Source: Candidatus Babelota bacterium (lineage in GTDB: Bacteria; Babelota; Babeliae; Babelales; UASB340). From it: DNA of 38,573 nucleotides. The notes under the pieces were generated by a model. That model was not told the DNA's origin. It was given only the letters and a program-made list of their open reading frames with translations, and did no database searches. The first letter of the stretch is position 1. Each line of letters starts with the position of its first letter. Where the stretch lies: assembly GCA_018897535.1 (NCBI GenBank), contig JAHIKO010000020.1:1-38573 (forward strand), given 5' to 3'. The translations under genes were made by a program, and so were the position numbers. Of the stretch, positions 17,712 to 27,623 are shown piece after piece.

Positions 17712-19460
17712 TTATATTGGCAATAATATTTGAAAAGTTGCTCCTTGTCCATCTACAAGTTTTATGCTTCCACCTGATTGATTTATAATTTCATGAACGA
17801 TAGCAAGACCAAGTCCCATATTTTTTTGGTTGGTTGAAACGTATGGCATAAAAAGTGTTGTTTTAACTTCTCTTGAAATTCCCGGTCCATTATCTGAAAT
17901 TAAAATTTCAAGTTTATTTAAATTTGTTTTAATTGTTGTTTTGATTTTTATAAATTTAACATTTGATATTACATCTTTTTCATCTTCACATAGAACTCTT
18001 ACGCTATTATCAAGCAAATTTACAATGGCACGTTTAAATTTTTTGTTATCGATTTTTATATAAGGTATGGGTTTTGTAAATTCACAAATAAAATTTATTT
18101 CCGGATAGCTTACTTTGTAAAGATTTACAATTTCTTCTATTATGTCGTTTACATCAATAGATTCAATATTATTAGATGGCAATTGTGCAAATTCCGAAAA
18201 ATGTGAAGCCAAATCTTTTATTATTTTTACTTGATTTAAAATTGTGTTTGTGCTGTCAAAAAAAACTTTTTCATGTTCTAAAATGTCTTTATATTTTCTT
18301 TGTAGATGTTGTGTGGCAAGCTGAATTGGGGTTAGAGGATTTTTAATTTCATGCGCGATTTGTCTTGCAGCTTCTTGCCAAGTTTTTATTTTGTTAATTT
18401 TTACAATATCGCTTAAATCTTCAATTATTACCAAAAGACCGTCATCTCGTTCACTTAATTTTGTATTGCTAAAATTGTTTTGTAATTTTGTTAAATGTAC
18501 AATAAATACTTTCTGCTCGGAATTAAAGCTAAAAGAAATTTCTCTTGTGAGCTGTGCTTTTTCCGACACAATGAGTTCTCTTGTAAGTTCTATAAATTTA
18601 TCTAAAACTTTTTTACCAAAAAAACTTATTCTTTTATTTTTAAATCTTTCAATACCCAGATATTTTTGAACCAATTCTTTTGATGCAGAATTATAAGTTA
18701 ATATTCGTCCTTTTTTATTAACATAAAAAATAGCTTCTTTCATATTTTCTATGATCATAAGCATTTCTTTGTTACTTTGTTCCAATTGATTATGTGCTGC
18801 TTGTAATGCCATTGTCATTTGATTGAAACTTATTTCTAAATTTTTAAGATCACTTGTTGAGTCTTGATTTAATGAAATATTCCATTCGCCTTGTTTAATC
18901 TTTTCAGTTGCTTTTAGTAATCCCAAAATAGGCTTACTGATGCCTTTTGCAAGATAAAATGCACACCATAAAGATAAAAATAATATCAATAAAGTTAGAA
19001 GTATAAATGTAAATAAATAGCTCCAATAGATTGGATTGCGTGTTGCTTTGAATTTTTTATAGTTGGTAATTTTTATACCTATATTTTGTTGTTCTTGAAT
19101 TAACCTGTAATTTTCATTAATACTTGCGTTAATTAATTTTCCTGCAATAAAGAAAACTAGAACCGATGGAACAACGGAAAAAACGCTAAATGCAAAAAGT
19201 AAATTTCTTTTAAAATTACTTCCCGGAATTTTTCTATTTTTTTCTACAAATAATTTAATACTTTGTCTTATTATTAAATATAAAAAAATTAAAATAGATA
19301 TTATATGTAAATTTATAAGCAAAAATAAAGCAATACGATTTGTATCATAGTGCGATAGATACTGTCTTTTGAATAGAAAAAATTCAAGCCAACCTGTTAT
19401 TAAAAAACTGATTAGACTTAATGCAAGTATTAAAAAACTTTTGTTTTTTGTTGATAACAT
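17712..19460 (-). CDS. Sensor histidine kinase, NtrY-like architecture (multi-TM, HAMP-like, PAS-like, HisKA, HATPase)
   Basis: H-box HEIKNPLTPI, N-box NLLDNSVR, G1 DNGPGI and G2 GLGLAIV. N-terminal hydrophobic helices and a second TM pair lie around aa 150-175. The ATG (19458-19460) directly abuts the aspS stop (19461-19463). Confidence 0.85.
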   Translation of the reverse strand: MLSTKNKSFLILALSLISFLITGWLEFFLFKRQYLSHYDTNRIALFLLINLHIISILIFLYLIIRQSIKLFVEKNRKIPGSNFKRNLLFAFSVFSVVPSVLVFFIAGKLINASINENYRLIQEQQNIGIKITNYKKFKATRNPIYWSYLFTFILLTLLILFLSLWCAFYLAKGISKPILGLLKATEKIKQGEWNISLNQDSTSDLKNLEISFNQMTMALQAAHNQLEQSNKEMLMIIENMKEAIFYVNKKGRILTYNSASKELVQKYLGIERFKNKRISFFGKKVLDKFIELTRELIVSEKAQLTREISFSFNSEQKVFIVHLTKLQNNFSNTKLSERDDGLLVIIEDLSDIVKINKIKTWQEAARQIAHEIKNPLTPIQLATQHLQRKYKDILEHEKVFFDSTNTILNQVKIIKDLASHFSEFAQLPSNNIESIDVNDIIEEIVNLYKVSYPEINFICEFTKPIPYIKIDNKKFKRAIVNLLDNSVRVLCEDEKDVISNVKFIKIKTTIKTNLNKLEILISDNGPGISREVKTTLFMPYVSTNQKNMGLGLAIVHEIINQSGGSIKLVDGQGATFQILLPI

Positions 19461-21224
19461 TTATTTAATTTTAATATGCAACTCTTTTAATTGTTTTTCA
19501 TCCACCTCAGATGGCGTTTGCATCATAGGACATGTTCCACTTTGCGTTTTTGGAAATGCAATAACGTCTCTTATTGAATCCGTTTTTCCCAAAAGCATTA
19601 CCAATCTATCCAGTCCAAGTGCAAGTCCGCCGTGTGGTGGAAAACCGAGCTGTTGTGCTTCCAATAAATATCCAAATTTATTTTCCGCTTCTTTTTTATC
19701 AATACCTATAATTTTAAAAATTTCAGCTTGAAGCTCTGAATCGTGAATTCTAATTGATCCACCGCCAACTTCTTCGCCATTGCAAACAAGATCATAAGCT
19801 TTTGCATGTACTGATTCCAAATTATCTGTTTTCAAACTGTCGGTTGGAGATGTGAATGGGTGATGCATTGCATTAAATTTCTTTTCTTCTTCACTCCATT
19901 CAAACATTGGAAAATCAGTAACCCATAAAAAATTAAATTCATCTTTATTTATTAAATTTAATTTTTTTCCAAGTTCAAGTCTGAATCTTCCAAGAATATC
20001 CCAAGCGCGTTTAAATTTATCGGCTACGATAAAAATCGTTCCGGAGCATTTCTGTATTTCCGGAATAAATTTTTGTAGCTCTAAAAGGAAATTTGATGGC
20101 AAAAATTTTTGAACTGCAGATTCGATATTTTTATCATTTGTAATTTTTATACTTAAAAGACCACCGGCATTTAGTTTTTCTTTAGCAAAGTTTTCTAAAT
20201 TACTAATCTCAGATCTTGAAAATTCTTGATTTGGTACAAAGATTCCGCCAACTTTTCCACCGCCTTCAATAGTAGACTTTAAAAATTTTAGTTCAGTTGA
20301 CTCAAATAGTTTTGTAAGGTTATGAATTTCAAGCCCAAATCTCATATCAGGTTTATCTGACCCAAATTTGGAAAAAATTTCATCATATGAGTATCTTTTA
20401 AACGGAAACTTGAGCGTGTTGTTGTAGGTTTTTTCGAAAACGTTTTTAATTATTCCTTCGACAATATTTATTATATCGTCTTGTTCAACGAATGACATCT
20501 CCAAATCTATCTGTGTAAACTCCGGTTGACGATTCGCTCTTAAATCTTCGTCTCTAAAACATCTTGCTATTTGAAAATATCTATCCATTCCTGATGCCAT
20601 TAAGAGTTGTTTGTAGATTTGAGGTGACTGTGGTAGCGCATAAAATTTTTTTTCTTGTAGACGAGATGGTACCAAAAAGTCTCGTGCGCCCTCAGGAGTA
20701 CTTTTTGAAAGTATTGGAGTTTCTATTTCTAAAAAATTTTGAGAATTTAAATATTCCCGAATTGCGAAAGTTATTTTATGTCTTAGTTTTAAGAGATCAT
20801 ACATTTTTTTACGTCTTAGATCTATGTATCTATATTTTAATCTAAGCTCTTCGTCGACATTTTCAGCGTCATCAACTTGAAATGGTATTGCTTTTGATTT
20901 GCTAAGAATTGTTAAATTTTTGACTATAAGTTCAAATTCGCCTGTTAGTATTTTTGTATTTATAGCTTCAGGTGATCTTTTGGCAACAGTGCCCGTTACA
21001 GATAAAACAAATTCGGATTTAATATCTTTTATTTTTTCAAATAAATTTTTTGAATTTTCAGGATTAAACACAAGCTGCATTATGCCGGTATTATCGCGTA
21101 GATCAATAAAAATTAAATTACCAAAATCTCTTCTTTTATTAACCCAACCAACTAAGGTAATTTCTTTATCTAAAAATTTTTTATCAACCAAACCACAATA
21201 TGTGGAGCGTTTTAATACTTGCAT
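19461..21224 (-). CDS. aspS: Aspartate--tRNA ligase
   Basis: 587 aa. Class II motifs are FQIARCFRDEDLRANRQPEFTQIDLEMSF, GGGSIRIHD and GLALGLDRLVMLL. The N-terminal OB anticodon-binding domain contains LIFIDLRDNTGIMQLVF. Confidence 0.95.
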   Translation of the reverse strand: MQVLKRSTYCGLVDKKFLDKEITLVGWVNKRRDFGNLIFIDLRDNTGIMQLVFNPENSKNLFEKIKDIKSEFVLSVTGTVAKRSPEAINTKILTGEFELIVKNLTILSKSKAIPFQVDDAENVDEELRLKYRYIDLRRKKMYDLLKLRHKITFAIREYLNSQNFLEIETPILSKSTPEGARDFLVPSRLQEKKFYALPQSPQIYKQLLMASGMDRYFQIARCFRDEDLRANRQPEFTQIDLEMSFVEQDDIINIVEGIIKNVFEKTYNNTLKFPFKRYSYDEIFSKFGSDKPDMRFGLEIHNLTKLFESTELKFLKSTIEGGGKVGGIFVPNQEFSRSEISNLENFAKEKLNAGGLLSIKITNDKNIESAVQKFLPSNFLLELQKFIPEIQKCSGTIFIVADKFKRAWDILGRFRLELGKKLNLINKDEFNFLWVTDFPMFEWSEEEKKFNAMHHPFTSPTDSLKTDNLESVHAKAYDLVCNGEEVGGGSIRIHDSELQAEIFKIIGIDKKEAENKFGYLLEAQQLGFPPHGGLALGLDRLVMLLGKTDSIRDVIAFPKTQSGTCPMMQTPSEVDEKQLKELHIKIK

Positions 21225-21279
21225 TTTAAATCCTTAAAATTATAGAATTTATATCTATAAAACTGTTTTTTACTCGTAA

Positions 21280-21288
21280 AGTATAGCA
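21280..21288 (-). promoter_or_regulatory. Candidate extended -10 promoter element for the aspS operon
   Basis: On the minus strand the sequence reads TGcTATACT (TGn-extended -10), about 56 nt upstream of the aspS ATG and downstream of the terminator at 21313-21345. I found no convincing -35. Confidence 0.3.
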
Positions 21289-21312
21289 AAGTTGTAAAAA
21301 AATTGTATAAGT

Positions 21313-21345
21313 AAAAAGAGGTGGGAACAATCCCACCTCTTTTTT
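21313..21345 (-). terminator. Intrinsic terminator downstream of the 722-aa OMP gene; its symmetric flanks make it potentially bidirectional
   Basis: The sequence is aaaa-AGAGGTGGGA (21317-21326) - acaa - TCCCACCTCT (21331-21340) - ttttt. It has a perfect 10-bp GC-rich stem and lies 20 nt past the OMP stop. Confidence 0.65.
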
Positions 21346-21365
21346 AAAAAAATTATATACTAATT

Positions 21366-23534
21366 TTAGAATCTATATTCTAAAGATATAACACCCCAGA
21401 ATGCATTATCATCGGAGATTCTGTAATCTGCAGGATTAAGACCTGTACGAGCATCTGAAGGAATTTTGTCTCTGTAAAAATCGCCCCTAATTGGCACGCC
21501 TTTTACATCTTTATAAAATGTTCCGGGTGCAAAGAAAGAAACGATAGCACCAAGTGTTAAGTCTTTTATTAATTCATAATTTAATATTAAACTTATTTCC
21601 GTACCCAAGAAGCTTCTTGCTTTTTCTGTGCTTGATACTTGGCTGTTATCAGGATTTGCGCTATCCAAAACATATTTGTAAGAATCATCATTTTTCCAGA
21701 AAAATACTAAATTTGGATTTATTTTAAATCTATTTTTTTCATAACTTGCCGGTTTCCATGTGGCACCAATACCGAAATATGTTAAATCTGTAAATCCGTT
21801 GTCTATTTTTGCTCTAAATCCATCAACTTCTTTTTGTCCGGCTACAAGTCCTCTTAATCTTGGTATATATCTTTCACCAAGTACCATTGGTGCAAAAACT
21901 CTTTTACCCATGTAAATTTCATGTAGTCCAATAAATCCGTGATAATTTTTATTTACTTCATTTACTGTTGGATCATTGTCGCCTGATGCATATCCTAATT
22001 CGGCAGCAATTTTTAATGTTTTTGTTGCTTGATATCTTGTGTCAAATATTGCCATATACCCTTCAAAATCGTTTGTGTATTCAGGGCGAACTCTTGTTGA
22101 TTTGTTGATTAATCTTTGATCATTGTCTCCACCGTCTGGATATGCTGTTGTGCGAGTAATATTGTTATTATTATAAACTGCACTTGTAGCCGCAGTATTA
22201 ATTGGCGCATTTTTACCATTTAATGTTCCACCGTTAACGTTTACATGACTGTAGCCTTTGTATAACATGCCAGCTCCATAAGAGTTGTCTGCCGTTATAT
22301 CGATCATGTCTGAAATATTTGTTGGAATTTTTCCATCAGTTTTAACTACGGCAAGTTGTACTTTATTTCTATCTATGGAGTACAATTTTTCTTGACCATA
22401 ATTGAATGCCATTTCACCGCCAATTTTGAATTTATTTTTTTTGTATCTGGTTTCAAATCCATAAGCTCCAAGTTGTGTTTTTGTATCATTAGCAACTTCT
22501 ACTTTTTGATCTGAAGCTTCATTGAAATATATGTATGGCTCAATGTCCCATCTTCCATCTGATTTATTATCAAATGGTCTAATTATTAATCTTGCGGCCC
22601 AAAGTTCATCATCTTTTCCATCACCTCTGTATGGATTTGATCTTCTGCCAACATGATTTATTTTTACCGTGTTGTTAAATGTATCGTCTATGGATGCACT
22701 TTTTTCTTCAAATTTTGCGTAATATAAATCGTACCATAATTTATTTTTGATAAGTTCGCCGTTTAAAACAAGTCCAGGCGCAGATGCATCTGCATTATAG
22801 CTAAACAAGCCTAAAGCTTCTTCTACTGCTCCATAAATACTTCCAAGAGCTACACCTCTGCCAAGTTGAAATGGGAACCATCCAATTTTGAAATATTGTA
22901 TTTTATCGTTTTTTGAATTGAAAATTTTGTTTAAGCTTACCATTAACCATGCATCTTTAAACCATGGGTTTGGACGGCTTGAATAGTGAGCATGTTCTCC
23001 GAGCGAAATTCCATCAAGTGTTATTTCTGCTGCAGTTGTACTTTTATAAGCACCAACAACACCCCATTTATTTTTCATGCGTAAATCTAAAAATGCTTCA
23101 ACGGCTCTGTGTCCACATTTTTCTTCACCAAAAATTGCATCAACGGTTAAATCTACTGTTTCTTTGAAAAAACCGATATCATCAGGAATTTTGTTATTTA
23201 AATAATTGTTGTTTAAATAATTATCATATTCAACTCTAATTTTGCCACCGAAAATAACTTCCAAATCATCTTTTTTAAAAGTTATTCTTGGCTTGGACAA
23301 TGGTTGTTCTACTGCGGCAAACGTTGGTAATTCTTTGGATTTTAATTCCGGTGTTGATACTTCTTCGTCATCTAAAAAGTCTCCTAAATCAGGATCTAAA
23401 TTGTCTGCAGTCATCTGTTGATTTTTATTTGTTGTGCTATTTGCAGCATTGTTTTTTGCATTTGAATCTGAAACCATAACTGCAGTTAAAAATGCTAAAA
23501 GCAGTAGCTTGTTTTTTGTTAACTCTAACATCAA
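21366..23534 (-). CDS. Large outer-membrane beta-barrel protein (porin-like), orphan family
   Basis: 722 aa with signal peptide MMLELTKNKLLLLAFLTAVMVSDSNA. An acidic low-complexity linker (DNLDPDLGDFLDDEEVSTPELK) follows. Many amphipathic beta-strand segments are present, and the C-terminus is the classical OMP type, VISLEYRF, with a terminal Phe. A strong SD aagggag lies upstream. Confidence 0.55.
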   Translation of the reverse strand: MMLELTKNKLLLLAFLTAVMVSDSNAKNNAANSTTNKNQQMTADNLDPDLGDFLDDEEVSTPELKSKELPTFAAVEQPLSKPRITFKKDDLEVIFGGKIRVEYDNYLNNNYLNNKIPDDIGFFKETVDLTVDAIFGEEKCGHRAVEAFLDLRMKNKWGVVGAYKSTTAAEITLDGISLGEHAHYSSRPNPWFKDAWLMVSLNKIFNSKNDKIQYFKIGWFPFQLGRGVALGSIYGAVEEALGLFSYNADASAPGLVLNGELIKNKLWYDLYYAKFEEKSASIDDTFNNTVKINHVGRRSNPYRGDGKDDELWAARLIIRPFDNKSDGRWDIEPYIYFNEASDQKVEVANDTKTQLGAYGFETRYKKNKFKIGGEMAFNYGQEKLYSIDRNKVQLAVVKTDGKIPTNISDMIDITADNSYGAGMLYKGYSHVNVNGGTLNGKNAPINTAATSAVYNNNNITRTTAYPDGGDNDQRLINKSTRVRPEYTNDFEGYMAIFDTRYQATKTLKIAAELGYASGDNDPTVNEVNKNYHGFIGLHEIYMGKRVFAPMVLGERYIPRLRGLVAGQKEVDGFRAKIDNGFTDLTYFGIGATWKPASYEKNRFKINPNLVFFWKNDDSYKYVLDSANPDNSQVSSTEKARSFLGTEISLILNYELIKDLTLGAIVSFFAPGTFYKDVKGVPIRGDFYRDKIPSDARTGLNPADYRISDDNAFWGVISLEYRF

Positions 23535-23607
23535 AAACTCCCTTAATGGATGTTGTTAAAAAGATATTCCTACAAGTTGAATAGCGTCGTGCATTTTGAA
23601 ATTTTTG

Positions 23608-25494
23608 TCAACAACAAATCGCTATAATTTTTTGAACAATAGCTTTAGCATTTATTTCTTCAAAATTTAAAAGCTCTTGCGATGTGGCCGATCTAGGTAT
23701 TTTATTTACAGCAAGCTTTTCGACTATAATATTTGTGTTTGAAAGCTCAGATGTTACAGATTCACCAATACCGCCTTGTATATAATGATCTTCTACTGTT
23801 AATATTTTATTTTCGGATTTTTGAGCAATATCAATTATTGTATTTTTATCCAGAGGTTTTATCGAATATAAATCTATAACGGAAACATTAATATTTTGTT
23901 TTTTTAATTCTTCGTAAGCTTTTAATGATTCATGTAATGTTATTCCCGCTGCAATTATACAAATTTTGTCATTTTTACTTTGGCGTAAAATTTTGCATCC
24001 GCCTATTTTAAACTCTTCGTTTTTATTATAAATGTTTGTTGTTTCCGGTCTTGAAGTTCTTAAATATGAAACACCGTCATGATAATTAGCCATCAGTTCG
24101 GTTAATTTATATGCCGACACTCCATCAGATGGATATAACACAATAGAATTAGGAATGGTTCTAAACATAGCGATATCTTCCAAAGCCATCTGCGATGGAC
24201 CATCTTCGCCTATTGATACGCCACAATGAGAGCCGCAAAGACGAAGTGCATTTTTGCCGATTCCTGCCATTCTTATCTGATCAAATGCTCTTGTAAAAAA
24301 TGCACCAAAAGTTGATGCAAACGGAATTTTACCGCGAGATTCCAGACCGGTTGAAACACCAATCATATTTTGCTCTGCTATAAAACATTGAATAAATCTT
24401 TCAGGATATTTTTGACCAAACATTTCAGTATAGGTAGAATTTTGAACATCGGCGTCTATTGTAAAAATTTTTTTATTTGTATTTCCCAAAGATTCTAATG
24501 CATAACCAAATGCTTTTCTTGTTGCTATTTTTTGGTCTAAATCAAAAAAATTTGTATTTGAATCTGTGTTTAAACTTATTTTTATTTTTTCTTTTTCTAA
24601 ATTTATATTTGTTTTATTTGGTAATTCCGGAGTGTATTTTATGTTTTGATATTTTAACTTAAATCGAGATTCAAGTTCTTTAATTATGTCGTTTAATTCT
24701 TCTTGTTTAAATGGTTTTCCGTGATGCCCATTTTTGTTTTCGATTTCTTGTAATCCACTACCTTTAAATGTTTTTGCGATTATTGCGACAGGCTGATTTT
24801 TTATATCATAAGCCGAATTTAAAGTATCGAAAATTTCTTGAATATTATGGCCGTCTATGGAAAAAGTTTTAAATCCAAACGCCTGAAATTTTCTTTCAAA
24901 TTTTTCAACATCATGTCCGTGAATGCTTTCGCCCGATTGTCCAAGCCTGTTGCAATCTAAAATGGCAATCAAATTGTCCAATTTGTAATGAGCAGCAAGT
25001 TCTGCAGCTTCCCACACGGAGCCTTCTGCGGCTTCGCCATCTCCTATCATGACAAATGTTTTATAATTAAGTTTGTCATGTTTTGCATTTAATGCCATGC
25101 CTACACCAATTGCCAAACCTTGTCCTAGAGAGCCTGTAGCGGCTTCATTATATTCAAATCTTGGGGTAGGGTGTCCTTCCAACACAGAATTAAATTTTCT
25201 TAAATCTAAAAATTCTTTTTCTGTTATTACATTTAAATTTTTCCATGCAGCATAAATTATTGGAATTGTGTGCCCTATTGATAAAATAAATCTGTCATTA
25301 TTGGGGTTTTTAGGATTTTTAATATCGTATTTTAAAAAATTAAAAAAGATTACACTTATTAAATCTGCTATTGCCATGCAAGATGTTGGGTGTCCTGATT
25401 TACTTGCAGTTGTTGCTTTTATACTATCAATTCTTAAGTTTAAAGCGACTTGTTTTAATAAATTTAATTTTTCCGGGGTCAATTTATTTTCCAT
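23608..25494 (-). CDS. tkt: Transketolase
   Basis: 628 aa. Motifs are SGHPTSCMAIAD and the thiamine-diphosphate motif GDGEAAEGSVWEAAELA...LIAILDCN. The pyrimidine-binding domain contains FIAEQNMIGVSTGL and FGAFFTRAFDQIR. Confidence 0.9.
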   Translation of the reverse strand: MENKLTPEKLNLLKQVALNLRIDSIKATTASKSGHPTSCMAIADLISVIFFNFLKYDIKNPKNPNNDRFILSIGHTIPIIYAAWKNLNVITEKEFLDLRKFNSVLEGHPTPRFEYNEAATGSLGQGLAIGVGMALNAKHDKLNYKTFVMIGDGEAAEGSVWEAAELAAHYKLDNLIAILDCNRLGQSGESIHGHDVEKFERKFQAFGFKTFSIDGHNIQEIFDTLNSAYDIKNQPVAIIAKTFKGSGLQEIENKNGHHGKPFKQEELNDIIKELESRFKLKYQNIKYTPELPNKTNINLEKEKIKISLNTDSNTNFFDLDQKIATRKAFGYALESLGNTNKKIFTIDADVQNSTYTEMFGQKYPERFIQCFIAEQNMIGVSTGLESRGKIPFASTFGAFFTRAFDQIRMAGIGKNALRLCGSHCGVSIGEDGPSQMALEDIAMFRTIPNSIVLYPSDGVSAYKLTELMANYHDGVSYLRTSRPETTNIYNKNEEFKIGGCKILRQSKNDKICIIAAGITLHESLKAYEELKKQNINVSVIDLYSIKPLDKNTIIDIAQKSENKILTVEDHYIQGGIGESVTSELSNTNIIVEKLAVNKIPRSATSQELLNFEEINAKAIVQKIIAICC

Positions 25495-25582
25495 TTGATA
25501 TCCTTATAGTTATAATATAATAAATAATATTTATGCTAAAAAAAATCGTATGGCAAGTTATAAAATATTTTAATGGTGTTTT

Positions 25583-26041
25583 GTGTTTAAGCATATTTCT
25601 GAATTGTTAAATAATTTTGTACCAAAACAGGATGAATGGAAAGTTAAATTATTTAATAATTGGGACAAAGTCCTTGGCAGTTTAAGTGATAAAGTCGTTA
25701 TATTAAAAGTGGAAAGAAACTTTTTACTTTTAGGTGTAACTCATCCGGCATGGGCTCATGAAATGTATATGCTTTCAGATGTTTTGAGAGAAAAAATAAA
25801 TTCTTTATTTGAATATGAACGCATAAAATATATAAGGTTTCAGGTGATAAAAAAACAAACGTTAAATTTAAAAGATACTGCAAAATTATTTTTAAATTCT
25901 AAACATAATAATACAGAACCTAAAAAAGTTTCACTAAATAGTGTTGAATATTCAAATTTAGGTAAAATTAAAGATGATGAACTTAAAAGTTTATTAAAAG
26001 ATTTTTATTTTAAGAGTAAAAAGGAGAAGTATGTTAAATAA
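25583..26041 (+). CDS. DUF721 (DciA-like) protein
   Basis: 152 aa with a GTG start. The block WDKVLGSLSDKVVILKVERNFLLLGVTHPAWAHEMYMLSDVLREKIN follows the DUF721 pattern (W..IVG..L...T....L..G.L.V.V.S..WA.EL......I...IN). Confidence 0.55.
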   Translation: MFKHISELLNNFVPKQDEWKVKLFNNWDKVLGSLSDKVVILKVERNFLLLGVTHPAWAHEMYMLSDVLREKINSLFEYERIKYIRFQVIKKQTLNLKDTAKLFLNSKHNNTEPKKVSLNSVEYSNLGKIKDDELKSLLKDFYFKSKKEKYVK

Positions 26042-27620
26042 AAAAATTTTTAATTTTGTTTTTATTAATTTTATTATGGTTGCTTGTAATTCCATGCAAA
26101 TGGTTAACGTAAAAGATAATTCAGGGGCAAATGCAAATAATTATGAAACGTATATGCGTGGGTGTGTTGATTATATGAGTGGTGATTATAATTCTGCAAT
26201 GCAAAATTTTGAAAAATTAGAAAAAACGGAAAATTCTATTTATGCAAAAGAACGTTATATAAGATTTTTATTCGAAACAAATCAATTTGATAAAATAGTT
26301 AATTTGGATCAAAAAGTAAAAGATGTATTTAAGGGTAATTTGGATATAGAAAAAATATTTGCACAATCATATTTGCATCTTGGCCATGGCGAAAAAGCTT
26401 CGAATTTCATAAATAAATTAATTAAAGAAAATCCTCATGATCTTCAATTATCATATTTTAAAGTTTTAAATCTTATAAAAACCGGAAAACTTGATGAAGC
26501 TTTGACTGTTATTGATGAGTGCATAAAAGATCAAAATTTAGAATCAAAACAGTTTTTATTTTATTTTTTAGCATCAAAGGTATATTTGCAAAAAAATATG
26601 GAACAGCAGGCTTTAAAATATATCAATAAAAGTTTGGAATTGTTTCCTGATTTTGAACGGGGATGGTTGTTAAAAGCTATAATTCAAGAACAGCAGGGCC
26701 AGATCCAGGGAGCAATTGCCGGGTATAAAAGATTTTTAGATATTGTTGGTTCTGACGAAACAGTTGAAAAACAGCTTATAAGATTATTATTTGTAGAAAA
26801 AAGATTTGATGAAGCCAGTGATGTATTGGAAAAAGTAAAAGATAAAACTCCAACACAAATTTTTGATTTATCTTTAATTAATTGGCGAGCCGGAAAGGCA
26901 GACATAGCTTTATCAAAACTTGATGAATTACTTGCCCAAAATCCTGATTTCAAAGATGCAAAATTTTTAAAAATAGAAATTTTGGTTTCAACAGGAAAAT
27001 CAAATATGGCTATGGATATACTTAAAGATTGGTTAATTGCAGATCCGGAAAATAAAGAAGTTTTACAAGTTTTACTGTTATTAAGAAGAGCTAAAGTTGA
27101 TGTAAATTCAATTATTAAAGTTTTAGAACTCGTTGAAAAAAATAGTTCCAATCAAAATTTGGTATCGGCATTAATAGATTTAAATTTTGAAAAAAATGAT
27201 AGATCAAAAGTTCTTTCTTATTGTAAAAAATTATTTGATATAACCAAAGATAATGGGCTTAAGTCAAAAATATTATTCCAAACGGCTTATATAAGATTTA
27301 TATCGGGTCAAAATGATAAAGTTGAAGCCATATTGTTAAATGCGTTAAAATATCAACCGGCTTATTCTTCCATTCATAATTTACTGGCCTATTTTTATGC
27401 TCAAAATAATTTAAAACTTGAGGATGCTCTTGTTCATATTGATTTGGCATTAAAAGAAAAACCGGAATCTTATTATTATATTGATACAAAAGGATTTGTT
27501 CTATTTAAAATGGGTAAAACGGAAGATGCAATAAATATGTTTGAGAAAGCATTGAGTTTTAATGCAAATGATTCTGAAGTTTTAAAGCATTTGGAAATGG
27601 CAAAATCAGTTGGAAAATAA
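26031..27620 (+). CDS. TPR-repeat protein, probable lipoprotein
   Basis: 529 aa. The N-terminus FVFINFIMVAC is lipobox-like. Many 34-aa TPR-like units follow (for example YETYMRGCVDYMSGDYNSAMQNFEKL, AQSYLHLGHGEKASNFINKLIKENP, DTKGFVLFKMGKTEDAINMFEKALSFNAND). SD aaggag lies upstream, and the start overlaps the DUF721 3' end by 11 nt. Confidence 0.75.
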   Translation: MLNKKIFNFVFINFIMVACNSMQMVNVKDNSGANANNYETYMRGCVDYMSGDYNSAMQNFEKLEKTENSIYAKERYIRFLFETNQFDKIVNLDQKVKDVFKGNLDIEKIFAQSYLHLGHGEKASNFINKLIKENPHDLQLSYFKVLNLIKTGKLDEALTVIDECIKDQNLESKQFLFYFLASKVYLQKNMEQQALKYINKSLELFPDFERGWLLKAIIQEQQGQIQGAIAGYKRFLDIVGSDETVEKQLIRLLFVEKRFDEASDVLEKVKDKTPTQIFDLSLINWRAGKADIALSKLDELLAQNPDFKDAKFLKIEILVSTGKSNMAMDILKDWLIADPENKEVLQVLLLLRRAKVDVNSIIKVLELVEKNSSNQNLVSALIDLNFEKNDRSKVLSYCKKLFDITKDNGLKSKILFQTAYIRFISGQNDKVEAILLNALKYQPAYSSIHNLLAYFYAQNNLKLEDALVHIDLALKEKPESYYYIDTKGFVLFKMGKTEDAINMFEKALSFNANDSEVLKHLEMAKSVGK

Positions 27621-27623
27621 TTT

